Shown piece after piece: positions 37,050 through 46,698 of a DNA stretch of 64,000 nucleotides. Made by a program: the position numbers and the translations under genes. This stretch comes from Acidimicrobiia bacterium (GTDB lineage: Bacteria; Actinomycetota; Acidimicrobiia; Spongiisociales; Spongiisociaceae), in assembly GCA_041576165.1 (NCBI GenBank), contig JBFGLM010000002.1, forward strand, positions 112,983-176,982, written 5' to 3'. Below the pieces are notes generated by a model. That model worked only from the letters and a program-made list of their open reading frames with translations, did not search any database and was not told the origin of the DNA. The stretch's first letter is position 1. Each line of letters begins with the position of its first letter.

Positions 37050-37640
37050 TCAATCCGGCCGGATCTCGTCAGGAGCTAGGTCGGCGCGGCGCCAGCCGGC
37101 CGCGGGAGCGATCTGGGCCAGGCGGCCGAGCCATGTCTGGTACCGGTTGCCGAAGGGCTCCTGACCGAGTTCTGTGGCAACCACTACCTCTGCTGCCGTG
37201 GTGCGGGCCCGGTCGACCAGCCACCGGGGATATTCCAACTCTCGTTGATGTTCGACAAACTCGTCTTCGTCCAGCACGTGCACTGCGCCGGCTGCGTCGC
37301 GCACGATGTCGAGGTCGACGTCAATCATCTCGACTCGGTCTGGCTCGGTCCAGCGCGTGCCGGCGATGATGTCGATGTAGAGCAGGTAGCGCGACTCAGC
37401 CGGGTTTCCGATCAGAGTGAACCAGCCGGAATCCGGTATCAGCTGCACGTAGGGAGCCGGCCATTGGATGGCCGGCTCCGTGCCTCGCTGAACGATGGAG
37501 CCGGCTGGCGCACCCAGCCACGTGCCGTGTTCATCCCGCCCCAACCAGATGGCCTCGTGCCGCCAATGCAGCGCGTTGCCGTATTTCAGATACTGAACCG
37601 TGACCGGTCGACCAAACGCTGATTGTTCACCCCGTCTCAT
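37050..37640 (-). CDS. DUF402 domain protein
   Basis: KY...HW, YIDI, IDVDLDIV, LDEDEF...YP; ATGA overlap with thyX. Confidence 0.82.
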   Translation of the reverse strand: MRRGEQSAFGRPVTVQYLKYGNALHWRHEAIWLGRDEHGTWLGAPAGSIVQRGTEPAIQWPAPYVQLIPDSGWFTLIGNPAESRYLLYIDIIAGTRWTEPDRVEMIDVDLDIVRDAAGAVHVLDEDEFVEHQRELEYPRWLVDRARTTAAEVVVATELGQEPFGNRYQTWLGRLAQIAPAAGWRRADLAPDEIRPD

Positions 37641-39283
37641 CGAGCGGGGGCGCGTCCCGCCGCCATTCGCTTCTGCTCGGCCCGCCGTTCGGCTTCCAGG
37701 CGTTCGAGGTCGGGATTCGAATAGTCCACGAACGACATCGCCTCGGCCACGGCCCGGTGGCCCGCCACGTCCCGGATCAGCCGGTGCATCTCCTGGCACA
37801 CCGCCCGGTATCCGGGATGTCCCGCGGGCTGGGTACGGAGTTCGATCAGGTGAAACGCCTCCCGGGCATTCATCTCCATCATGTACCGGATCTTGAAGGC
37901 GAACGGCACTACGTACTGGGCAACGTCCGGCCCGCAGGCGGTGCGGACACGCTCGTAGAGCTGCGCGGCCCGTTCCATCGCCTCGTCCCAGACGCCGGCC
38001 GTGTCCGTCTCGTGAATCTCGTCCGGGGTGATGTAGCCATGACGAGTCGTCAGTCGCTGCCACTCGATCGTCAACATCCGGTGGCGCTGAAGGTCGCGGA
38101 AGTTGCCATAGTCGGACAGAACGTCGAAGCGGTAGGTGGTGTGCTCAAAGCCCCGGCCCGGCTTGTGCCGGCGATTGCGCCGGTCGCCAATGTAAGCGGC
38201 GATGACCGCCGCCCGGTCGGCCGGAGACATCTGGCGGGCAATCGTGTGCAGTTGATCGTCCGGGAGCTCGGTTTGCGCGTACAGTGCAGCCGCCGCCAGT
38301 TTCACCTCACCGTCCGGATCGAAGTCGACCAGCGTCACCTCCGGTCGCGGCTCAGGCTCGGCCTCCAGCCGCTCGGCCAGGTCCTGGACGCGTCCGGCGG
38401 TATCGGTCAGGTAGGCGCTCCACGCGCCGCCTCTGTCGGGAAGGTCGACCCGGCGTAAGAAGGACGGGATGACCTTGCGTAGCTCGGTGAGCATCATCTG
38501 CGCGTACTCGCGCACCTCCTGCAGAGGATGAGCGTTCATCCGAATGAGCGCCATCTCGTACGCTTGCCCGGTGCCGTATATGCCGACGTTGGAGGTCGTC
38601 GCCGCCGGAAGTAGGCCGCGGATCGTGTCACAGGCTTTGGCGCGGATGGTGGCGTTGTAGACCATTGATGAGTCACTTTCCTGACGCGGAAAGCGGCTCT
38701 CGAAGTGGCCCTTCATGCCGTCGATCAGACCGGCGTAGGTATCGAACAGCCACTCCATGAACTCGGTGGCCGGGCCCTCGAGATCTGTGCCCACCACCTC
38801 CGCGGGAAGGTGGTACCGGTAGCGGGTTCCCAGCTTGCGATCGTAGAAGATGTAGCGGGTCGACTGTTCCAAATAGGCGGCGAGCCGACCCCACTCGAGC
38901 ACCTTGGTGAGGATGTTGGAAGCTTGCTCGCACGCCAGGTGCACTCCCCCGAGCTGTGCGACCGAGTCGTCGCCGTACTCGAAGAAAACTCGTTGGTACA
39001 GGTCCTCGGCCCGCTGCAGGCTGACGAGCGGGTCGCCACCGGTCTGCAGTGCCATGGCATTGATCCCGGCTTCGGGCTCGTTGATGAACTCGTCGAGGAA
39101 CAATCGCCGGACCGACTTGGGCGAACGCGAGTAGCGGGCAAACAAAGCCCCCTTCACCACCTCCGGCATGTTGATCAGAGCGAAGACGGGTCCGTCGACG
39201 TTGGTGAAAAAGCGTGACAGAATCGCTCGTTCGTCAGGAGTGAACTCCTCACGGAAGTAGCGGCTTTGATGGTCGTGCGTCAC
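37637..39283 (-). CDS. thyX: FAD-dependent thymidylate synthase (long two-domain Thy1 form)
   Basis: GALFARYSRS, YGDDSVAQL, LEQSTRY, RGLLPAAT, FRDLQRHR, FHLIELRT. Confidence 0.9.
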   Translation of the reverse strand: MTHDHQSRYFREEFTPDERAILSRFFTNVDGPVFALINMPEVVKGALFARYSRSPKSVRRLFLDEFINEPEAGINAMALQTGGDPLVSLQRAEDLYQRVFFEYGDDSVAQLGGVHLACEQASNILTKVLEWGRLAAYLEQSTRYIFYDRKLGTRYRYHLPAEVVGTDLEGPATEFMEWLFDTYAGLIDGMKGHFESRFPRQESDSSMVYNATIRAKACDTIRGLLPAATTSNVGIYGTGQAYEMALIRMNAHPLQEVREYAQMMLTELRKVIPSFLRRVDLPDRGGAWSAYLTDTAGRVQDLAERLEAEPEPRPEVTLVDFDPDGEVKLAAAALYAQTELPDDQLHTIARQMSPADRAAVIAAYIGDRRNRRHKPGRGFEHTTYRFDVLSDYGNFRDLQRHRMLTIEWQRLTTRHGYITPDEIHETDTAGVWDEAMERAAQLYERVRTACGPDVAQYVVPFAFKIRYMMEMNAREAFHLIELRTQPAGHPGYRAVCQEMHRLIRDVAGHRAVAEAMSFVDYSNPDLERLEAERRAEQKRMAAGRAPAR

Positions 39284-39448
39284 AGCGGCACAGCCCCCGT
39301 CGTTGGTCCAGCCAGCGGGACGATAGCGCCGCCGCAACCGGCCTCCGCGCCTTGTTGACCCTCCCGCAATGTTCCCGTCCGGCCGCCGGGTGATTCCGTT
39401 ACCCGGGCCGCCGGTGCCGAAGATGAATGTCGACGCCGGAGGCGCAGT

Positions 39449-39766
39449 ATGCTCATTGCGATCATGACCGTGTTCTGGTTGCGCGTCATCGTGGCGGCGC
39501 TGCTGCTGGCGATTCTGTTTGTAGCGGCGATCCCGCTATTCCTCTTGCTGGACCTCACCGCCGGGGGTTCCGGCCGCGGTCTGTGCCCGACCGGGCTGAG
39601 TAACTGCAAGACCACCTACACCGCAGGGCCGGAGCTGGCGGTGATTCTCATCGTGTCGATGTTCGCGCTGGTGGCGGCGGTTCGGATCACGATGCGGGCG
39701 ATCCGCCGCCTCGAGTCAGGCAATCACCGGCTCACAATCTGGAATCTATTCTTTGAGCGGCGGTGA
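39449..39766 (+). CDS. two-TM hypothetical membrane protein
   Basis: GGAGG RBS; two hydrophobic helices around a loop GLCPTGLSNC. Confidence 0.7.
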   Translation: MLIAIMTVFWLRVIVAALLLAILFVAAIPLFLLLDLTAGGSGRGLCPTGLSNCKTTYTAGPELAVILIVSMFALVAAVRITMRAIRRLESGNHRLTIWNLFFERR

Positions 39767-39779
39767 CGGGCAGCGTCTG

Positions 39780-40244
39780 TCAGCTCGCAGCATGCCCGGC
39801 CAGGATCTCATCTACCGTCGTCGACACCAGGTAGAGGCCCCGGGCTGTCACCGCCGGTTGGCCCGCCAGCTCGACTTCGCCGCTGAGCCGCAGCCGGCGG
39901 CCGGTTCGCTCATCGACCCGTCCCCGTAGCCGATAGGTGCCGGCATTCCCCAGCGGTGTGCGGTAGCGCAAGTCCATGGTGCCGGTCACGGTCAAAACAC
40001 CCTCGAGGAGGATCCCCGCCCACACCAAGATCTCGTCGAGGGCCGTGGCCGCGATGCCGCCGTGGAGCGACCCGACGATTCCCTGATACCCGGGTCGGGC
40101 GGCGAACGACGCGGTGATCTCGTCGCCCTCCCGTTTGAACCCATCGACGTGGAGCCCGATCGGATTGTCCAGACCGCAGGCGAAGCACCCGTTGTTGGTG
40201 TGCGCGCGCAGGGCTTCGACAACGTCCGTCATGTCGACGGTCAT
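39780..40244 (-). CDS. PaaI family hotdog-fold thioesterase
   Basis: CFACGLDNPIGL, YQG...LHGGIAATALDE. Confidence 0.88.
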   Translation of the reverse strand: MTVDMTDVVEALRAHTNNGCFACGLDNPIGLHVDGFKREGDEITASFAARPGYQGIVGSLHGGIAATALDEILVWAGILLEGVLTVTGTMDLRYRTPLGNAGTYRLRGRVDERTGRRLRLSGEVELAGQPAVTARGLYLVSTTVDEILAGHAAS

Positions 40245-40798
40245 TGGTAGGCGACTTCCCCGCCGACCAGGCTCTTGATCGAGACCAGCGACCACACTGG
40301 CCAGCCCCGCTGTTCCAGCCCGGCTCGCCCGCCCGCGAACGCCTTCTCGATCACGAATACGAAGCCGGCCACTGTTCCCCCCGCTTCCTCGACGATCTCG
40401 CCGAGCGCCACTGCGGTGCGGCCCCTGTGCAGGAAGTCGTCCACGATCAGCACTCGGCCTCCGGAGAAGATGTGGTCACGCACCTCTATCCGGTACTCGA
40501 ATCCTTTGGTGGCCGAGCTCACCTCCCGCCAGTAGCTGACTCTCTCTCCGGGCGTGACGTACTTCTTCGCATAGACCATCGGCAGCCCGGATTCGAGCGA
40601 GAATGCCATAGCAGGCGGGATCCCGCTGGCTTCTGCGGTCAAGATGACGCCGGCGTCGAGCGGCGCTGCGATCTTGGTGATCCGCCGGCCGACCTCGCCC
40701 ATGACCGCTGGGTCAACCCGGTGATTGAGAAAGTGGTCGACCAGGACGATGTCGCCGACCACTGTGGCCTCGTCCCGGATCTTCTGGTGAAGGTCCAT
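40241..40798 (-). CDS. xpt: xanthine phosphoribosyltransferase-like PRTase
   Basis: LVDHFLNHRVDP, ILTAEASGIPPA, YAKK, VLIVDDFL, VIEKAF. Confidence 0.88.
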   Translation of the reverse strand: MDLHQKIRDEATVVGDIVLVDHFLNHRVDPAVMGEVGRRITKIAAPLDAGVILTAEASGIPPAMAFSLESGLPMVYAKKYVTPGERVSYWREVSSATKGFEYRIEVRDHIFSGGRVLIVDDFLHRGRTAVALGEIVEEAGGTVAGFVFVIEKAFAGGRAGLEQRGWPVWSLVSIKSLVGGEVAYQ

Positions 40799-40858
40799 CG
40801 GCGGCAGGATAGATCGGCGCGGCGGCGCGAATGGCACGGCGCCCCGTGTGGCGCGGGC

Positions 40859-41545
40859 TCAATCGGGTCGGGGAGTTTTGGGCTCGAAGGGGCAGATTCG
40901 GCGCAGGTCGCACTCCCAACATCGAGGCTTGCGAGCGTCGCACACGTCGCGGCCGTATTGGATGATGCGCATGGACAGCTGGCTCCATTCATCCCTTGGG
41001 ACGAGAGCCTTGAGATCCTGCTCGATCTTGACCGGATCGGACTCGGTTGTGAGACCGAGCCGGCTGGCAACTCGTTTGACGTGCGTGTCAACCGCAATCG
41101 CCGGTTGTCCAAACGCTTCGGCCAGCACCACCGAAGCCGTTTTGCGTCCCACGCCTCTCAGTGTCACGAGCTCGCCGATCGTCGCCGGCACGATCCCGTC
41201 GAACTTGTCCACCAGGTCCTGGGAGAGGGCGATGATCGACTTCGTTTTCTGCCGGTAGAACCCGGTCGAGAAGATCACCTCCTCGACCTCCTCTGGGTTG
41301 GCGTCGGCCAGATCGGCCGCAGTGGGCCAGCGCCGGAACAACTCGGGCGTGACCCGGTTGACGTTCTCATCGGTGGTCTGAGCAGAGATCACGGTGGAAA
41401 CCAGCAACTCGAACGGATTGCAGTACTCCAGTGCCGTGTGGATCTGGGGGTACCGCTTGGCCAACCGGTTGACGACCCGGCGAGCGTGACCGCGCTCGGC
41501 TGCGCTCGGGGTCCCCCCGTCCGCTCGCTGCTCTCCAACGCCCAT
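40859..41545 (-). CDS. nth: endonuclease III
   Basis: PFELLVSTVISAQTTD, HhH LRGVGRKTA, AVDTHV, C-X6-C-X2-C-X5-C FeS motif. Confidence 0.96.
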   Translation of the reverse strand: MGVGEQRADGGTPSAAERGHARRVVNRLAKRYPQIHTALEYCNPFELLVSTVISAQTTDENVNRVTPELFRRWPTAADLADANPEEVEEVIFSTGFYRQKTKSIIALSQDLVDKFDGIVPATIGELVTLRGVGRKTASVVLAEAFGQPAIAVDTHVKRVASRLGLTTESDPVKIEQDLKALVPRDEWSQLSMRIIQYGRDVCDARKPRCWECDLRRICPFEPKTPRPD

Positions 41546-41652
41546 CGCCGAGCGAGGGTAATGCAATGTCGCTGCCCCCGGACGGGTCCTGCGTCGGTCT
41601 CCGGACCGGCGGGCAACCACCACTGCAGCAGTGAGCAGGAGCCCCTAGGTTC

Positions 41653-42963
41653 GTGCCAAACTCTCCCGACGTGACTGCACGGGCCTCCCGGCGCGATCTC
41701 GACCGGCGCATCCTGACGCTGGCGCTGCCGGCTCTCGGTGCACTGGCGGTCGAGCCTTTGGTGTCGCTGGCCGACACGGCGTTCGTAGGTCGGCTGGGTA
41801 CTACCGAACTCGCAGCGCTTGGCGTCAACACCGCACTGTTTGGTTTTGCATTCTTCGTCTTCAACTTCCTCGCCTACGCCACCACCCCGCTCGTTGCCAA
41901 CGACATCGGGCGGGGCGACCGGCCGGCGGCCGGCCGGACCGCGGTGCAGGCCGTGGTCGTCGCCGCCGGTATCGGGCTGGCCGGCATCGTGGTGTTGCAG
42001 GCGACGGCGCCTGCCCTGTTGCGCCTGATGGGCGCCGACGGGGAAGTCGTCACGGCGGGCGTCGGGTACCTGCGACTACGGGCGCTCGGTATGCCGGGCG
42101 TCCTGCTGCTCACCGTGGGTCACGGCATCTTTCGGGGGGTGCAAGACACCCGTACACCGCTGATGGTCACCCTGGCCGTGAGCCTCATCAACCTGGTGCT
42201 CGACCCGATCCTGATCTGGCCGGCGGGGCTTGGCCTCAGTGGTGCCGGTCTCGCCAGCGCCATCGGGCAGACGGCGGGTGGGGCCACCGTTCTCGTGCTT
42301 CTGCTGCAGGGGCGTAGCGGCCTGCCGCTCGAATGGCGGATCCCACGTGTTGCCGAGCTCCGGCCTTTCCTAGCGGCCGGTTCCGCCCTCACCTTGCGCA
42401 CCCTGGCATTGGTGACGACGTTCACCGTCGCCACGGCCACGGCCGCCCGCATCAGTCCCACGGCAGTCGCGGCACATCAGGTGGCGTCGCAGGTGTGGAT
42501 TTTTTTGGCGTTGGTCGTAGATGCCCTGGCGATCGCGGCGCAAGCGATCATCGGAAAGTCACTCGGCGAGGACGACGAAGGCGGAGCCAGGGATGCGTCG
42601 AACCGCATTTTGCAATGGGGCCTGGTTTGGGGAATCGCGCTCGGTGTCGCCTTCTGGTTGCTGCGAGATGCCCTGCCCGGATGGTTCACCGATCAGGCAG
42701 AAGTGGTGGCGGTCGTTGCCGGGCTCATGCCTTTTGTCGCGCTGATGCAACCGCTGAACGCCCTGGTATTCGTGTGGGACGGCATCTTCATCGGTGCCGG
42801 CCGGTTCCGGTTTCTCGCCGTGTCAATGGTCGGGGCGGCGGCCGGCACGATCATCCTCTTGCTGCTGGCGGATTCGATCGTCGCCGTGTGGTGGGCGATC
42901 GTCTTCTTGATGGGGGCGCGGGCGGTGCCGATGGGTGTTGCGTACCGGCGGGGGCTCGCCTGA
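41653..42963 (+). CDS. MATE family efflux transporter (DinF-like)
   Basis: LALPALGALAVEPL..LADTAFVGRLG, GIFRGVQDTRTP, AAHQV, DGIFIG. Confidence 0.92.
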   Translation: MPNSPDVTARASRRDLDRRILTLALPALGALAVEPLVSLADTAFVGRLGTTELAALGVNTALFGFAFFVFNFLAYATTPLVANDIGRGDRPAAGRTAVQAVVVAAGIGLAGIVVLQATAPALLRLMGADGEVVTAGVGYLRLRALGMPGVLLLTVGHGIFRGVQDTRTPLMVTLAVSLINLVLDPILIWPAGLGLSGAGLASAIGQTAGGATVLVLLLQGRSGLPLEWRIPRVAELRPFLAAGSALTLRTLALVTTFTVATATAARISPTAVAAHQVASQVWIFLALVVDALAIAAQAIIGKSLGEDDEGGARDASNRILQWGLVWGIALGVAFWLLRDALPGWFTDQAEVVAVVAGLMPFVALMQPLNALVFVWDGIFIGAGRFRFLAVSMVGAAAGTIILLLLADSIVAVWWAIVFLMGARAVPMGVAYRRGLA

Positions 42964-42965
42964 GG

Positions 42966-44198
42966 TCAACGGGCCGGGCTGCGGGGGGTGAGCTGGCTGC
43001 CGAGCGTCTCTGGCACAGCGCCCATGATCATGACGGCGATGCCGATGCCGGCTCCGAGCATCGCTACGGTTGTCGGCAGTCCGTACTGGTCGATCGTGAT
43101 CGAGCCCACTGTCAGGCCGGCGATCGAACCGACCACTCCCACCGAGTTCAACCATTGGACGGCGTTGGCCCGCACCGCAGTCGGGAACAGCTCATTGCGC
43201 TGCGCGCCGATGGCGGGGATTGCGGCGAATGAACCGAAACTCGAGACAGCGACCGCTATGACAACGACCCACGGAATCTCGACCCAGTAGAACCCGAGCC
43301 CGCCGATCAAACCCAACACGAGCGAGATGTTGATCGTCGCTTTACGCCCTAGTGAATCGGCCATCCGGCCCCCTGTGAAGAAGCCGATGCCGCCGGCGGT
43401 TCCGCCCAGCAGCATGACGGCCGCGGCCTGGGTGGTGGTCCAACCGAGATCATTGACGAGGCGCTCCAAGGCGAAGGTGACGACGATCACCGAATACGAC
43501 GCAACCAGCAGCGAAAAGATCGCGAGCAGCCAGAAGGCACCCGCCTGGGCCCCGGCAAACACGGCAAACGGCGAGACCCGCCGATCCGGTGGCTCGAAAG
43601 CCCTGCTTTCGGGGAGTTTTGAGTTGAGCAGCGGGTATAGGGCCAGGCCGATGAAGCTGGCGGCGAAGAGGAAACGCCACGATTGATCGGAGGCTCGGGC
43701 CACCGGGAGCGCAAACAGGCCGATGCCCGAACCGAAGCTCACCGCGGCGGCATAGACCGACAAGCCCCACGCTCGGTTCTCCGGGCCCAGCTGCTCGGAC
43801 AACAGGACAACGGCCAGGGTGCCGACAGCGGCAGCTCCCATCCGGGTCGCACCCTGTAGGACCGTGTAAACGGTGGCGCCCGACGCGAACGCGGTCGCGC
43901 CCGTCGCGGTGAACAACAGCAGGAACGCAATGAGGAACGGCCGGCGTCGCCCATAGCGGTCGCCTGCCGTCGAAAAGAGAATGGCCAGCAGGGCGCCGAC
44001 TCTCGCAATAGCGAGTATCTCGCTCATCTCGGCTTCGGAGAGGCCGAACGAGAGGCGCGCGAAGGGCAGCGTGTTGACGGCCTGGGTCTGGGCGTAACCC
44101 TGAACGACGCCGGTCACATACATCAGCACCAGGAGGCGTCGATCGGCGCGCGTGAATCCTTTCACGGGCGTCATGAATCGAATCAACCGTCCGGCCAT
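42966..44198 (-). CDS. MFS transporter
   Basis: Motif A GDRYGRR and GRMADSLGRK, ELFPTAVRA; about 12 hydrophobic segments. Confidence 0.9.
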   Translation of the reverse strand: MAGRLIRFMTPVKGFTRADRRLLVLMYVTGVVQGYAQTQAVNTLPFARLSFGLSEAEMSEILAIARVGALLAILFSTAGDRYGRRRPFLIAFLLLFTATGATAFASGATVYTVLQGATRMGAAAVGTLAVVLLSEQLGPENRAWGLSVYAAAVSFGSGIGLFALPVARASDQSWRFLFAASFIGLALYPLLNSKLPESRAFEPPDRRVSPFAVFAGAQAGAFWLLAIFSLLVASYSVIVVTFALERLVNDLGWTTTQAAAVMLLGGTAGGIGFFTGGRMADSLGRKATINISLVLGLIGGLGFYWVEIPWVVVIAVAVSSFGSFAAIPAIGAQRNELFPTAVRANAVQWLNSVGVVGSIAGLTVGSITIDQYGLPTTVAMLGAGIGIAVMIMGAVPETLGSQLTPRSPAR

Positions 44199-44425
44199 GT
44201 GTCCTCTCGCACTCGGCTCCAGCGCCTGACCGCACCAGGGGGCTGTGTGCAGGGGCGGACGTTAGTGGTAGCCGATGCCAGGCCGCTGGTGAGAGTCCGA
44301 CAGATCGATACCGAGTTTCTCGCGTATTCACTTCAGGGTGCCAGACTGTGACCGTACCGTTGAGGGGGTGGGCACCCGCCGGCGGCAGGTCCCGACCGAA
44401 CGATCCAGAGCGCATCCGAGGCAGC

Positions 44426-45175
44426 GTGGAAGTCAGCATCATCACAGCGTTTGTATTCGGGGCGATCTCATTCGTGTCGCCCTGCGTGCTGCCGTTGCTG
44501 CCCGGCTATCTCAGCCTCATGTCGGGTTATTCCGTTGCCGACTTGCAGGCCGGCAACGCCTCTACCGCGCGGATGCTGCGAGTAACCTTGCTGTTCGTCG
44601 CCGGGTTCACGGCGGTGTTCGTGGCGCTCGGAGCCAGCGCGACCAGCCTCGGTCGCTGGTTGGTGAGCAATCAGACCGCGGCCACTCGCATCGCCGGCTG
44701 GGTGGTGGTCGGCTTCGGGGTGCTGATCGTTGTCCTGGCTCTGTCGAACTCTCCACTCCTCAACTGGTTCAGCCGCGAGCGCCGGGTCGAGGTTCGGCCC
44801 TCGCAGCTGGGCCCGTGGGCTCCGCCCCTGATGGGGCTGGCGTTTGGATTCGGTTGGACACCGTGCATTGGGCCGGTCCTGGCCGGCATACTGCTGGCCG
44901 CATCGACCCAGGAGACCGTCGGGCAGGGGATGACCTTGCTGTTCTTCTATTCGCTCGGTCTCGGGGTGCCATTCGTGTTGGCCGGAATAGGCATGACCAA
45001 AGCGTTCGGAGCAATGGCTTTCCTCCGCAAATACTTGCGCCAGGTGAACGTCGCGTCGGGGTTGCTGCTTGCGGGGTTCGGCGTGCTGATGATCACCGGC
45101 CGCATCACCGACCTGTCCAGCTGGTTCACCGAGTTCTTCATCCGGATCGGACTCGACGGACTCGCCGAGATCTAG
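44426..45175 (+). CDS. ccdA: cytochrome c biogenesis / thiol-disulfide transporter CcdA
   Basis: SFVSPCVLPLLPGY, FGWTPCIGPVL, YSLGLGVPF. Confidence 0.94.
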   Translation: MEVSIITAFVFGAISFVSPCVLPLLPGYLSLMSGYSVADLQAGNASTARMLRVTLLFVAGFTAVFVALGASATSLGRWLVSNQTAATRIAGWVVVGFGVLIVVLALSNSPLLNWFSRERRVEVRPSQLGPWAPPLMGLAFGFGWTPCIGPVLAGILLAASTQETVGQGMTLLFFYSLGLGVPFVLAGIGMTKAFGAMAFLRKYLRQVNVASGLLLAGFGVLMITGRITDLSSWFTEFFIRIGLDGLAEI

Positions 45176-45228
45176 CCCGAATCGCATCGGGCCGACCGCG
45201 GTGTCGGAGGGGGTACGCTGCCCCCGTC

Positions 45229-46698
45229 ATGCGTATCACGCCGTCCCGAGAAGAGTTCCTCCGCCTGGCCCAGACCTACTCGGTCGTCCCGGTGGCTACG
45301 ACGATGCTGGCTGATCGCGAAACCCCGGTCAGCGCGTTCGAGAAGCTGGTCGGTTCGGCGCCCGGCTTCTTGCTGGAGTCGCTCGAAGGAGGGGAGCGCT
45401 GGGCCCGCTGGTCGTTTGTAGGCTGGGACCCGGTGTTCACGCTGGTCTCGCGTCGGGGGACCGTGCGAGCGGAGGGACGGGCCGTCCCACTGCCGGCGGG
45501 TGACCCGCTGACGGTCCTCGAAGGAGTTCTTGCTGCTTTCGAGACTGCGCCGGTCGAAGATCTCCCGCCCTTGCACACCGGCGCGGTCGGGTACATGGCA
45601 TACGACTGTGTTCGGTACATCGAAAACTTGCCGTGCATGCCGCCGGACGATCGCGATCTACCGGAGATGGTGTGGCAGTTCGTGGGCAACCTGGCCGCGC
45701 TCGACCACTTCAGCCAGAGCATCACATTCGTGCACAACGTCTACGTAGGTAGGGATCCGGAGGGTCAATACGACCAAGCGATATCCGAGTTGCACCGGTC
45801 GGTCGAGCGTCTCGGGAATCCCTGGCCCTACGCACCCACCGATCGCCCCTCGCCGCATCCTCCCGAGGGCACCCTTCGGTCGACGATGACCAGGGCACAG
45901 TTCGAAGCCGCCGTCGACACCTGCAAGGAATACATCCGGCAGGGTGACGCCTTCCAGGTCGTTTTGTCGCAGCGTCTCGAAACCCCCTACCTCGGTGATC
46001 CGTTCCGGGCGTACCGAGCGTTGCGGCTGATCAACCCGTCCCCGTTTCTGACCTTTATCCGCCACCCGCAGATAACGATCGCCGGGGCGTCGCCCGAATT
46101 GATGACACGGGTGCGGGACGGCATCGTGTTTTCGCGGCCGATCGCCGGCACCCGCCCCCGGGGGGCGACCGACGACGAAGATCGAGCGCTTGAAGAGGAA
46201 TTGCTGGCAGACCCCAAGGAGCGAGCCGAACACGTCATGCTCATTGACCTCGCCCGTAACGACATTGGCAGGGTGTGCGAGTTCGGCACGGTCCATGTCG
46301 ACGATCTGATGGTGATCGAGCGCTATTCCCACGTGATGCACATCGTGTCCGGCGTGTCCGGGAAGCTGGCCGGCGATCGGAGCTCCGTCGATGTGCTCCG
46401 GGCGATGTTCCCGCACGGAACGGTCTCAGGAGCACCCAAAGTTCGGGCGATGGAGATCATCGACGAGCTGGAGCCCGTCGCCCGGGGACCGTACGCGGGC
46501 GCGGCCGGGTACATCGATTTCTCGGGCGACGTCGATACAGCGATCTGTCTGCGGACGGTCGTGTTCGCGGACGGCAAGGCCTGGGTCCAGGCCGGGGCAG
46601 GGCTCGTGGCAGATTCCCAACCGGGAACCGAATACGATGAAACCATGAACAAGGCGGCCGCGGCCCTGGCGGCAATTCGAGGCGCCCGCGATGTCTGA
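45229..46698 (+). CDS. trpE: anthranilate synthase component I
   Basis: LLES, FQVVLSQR, NPSP, SPE, PIAGTRPRG, KERAEH..LIDLARND, GTVSGAPKVRAMEII. Confidence 0.92.
   Translation: MRITPSREEFLRLAQTYSVVPVATTMLADRETPVSAFEKLVGSAPGFLLESLEGGERWARWSFVGWDPVFTLVSRRGTVRAEGRAVPLPAGDPLTVLEGVLAAFETAPVEDLPPLHTGAVGYMAYDCVRYIENLPCMPPDDRDLPEMVWQFVGNLAALDHFSQSITFVHNVYVGRDPEGQYDQAISELHRSVERLGNPWPYAPTDRPSPHPPEGTLRSTMTRAQFEAAVDTCKEYIRQGDAFQVVLSQRLETPYLGDPFRAYRALRLINPSPFLTFIRHPQITIAGASPELMTRVRDGIVFSRPIAGTRPRGATDDEDRALEEELLADPKERAEHVMLIDLARNDIGRVCEFGTVHVDDLMVIERYSHVMHIVSGVSGKLAGDRSSVDVLRAMFPHGTVSGAPKVRAMEIIDELEPVARGPYAGAAGYIDFSGDVDTAICLRTVVFADGKAWVQAGAGLVADSQPGTEYDETMNKAAAALAAIRGARDV

Noticed and set aside
44338-45228. 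Apparent 786-aa TrpE fusion
   Set aside because: The upstream part overlaps ccdA in another frame and is Arg-rich noise; TrpE begins at 45229.
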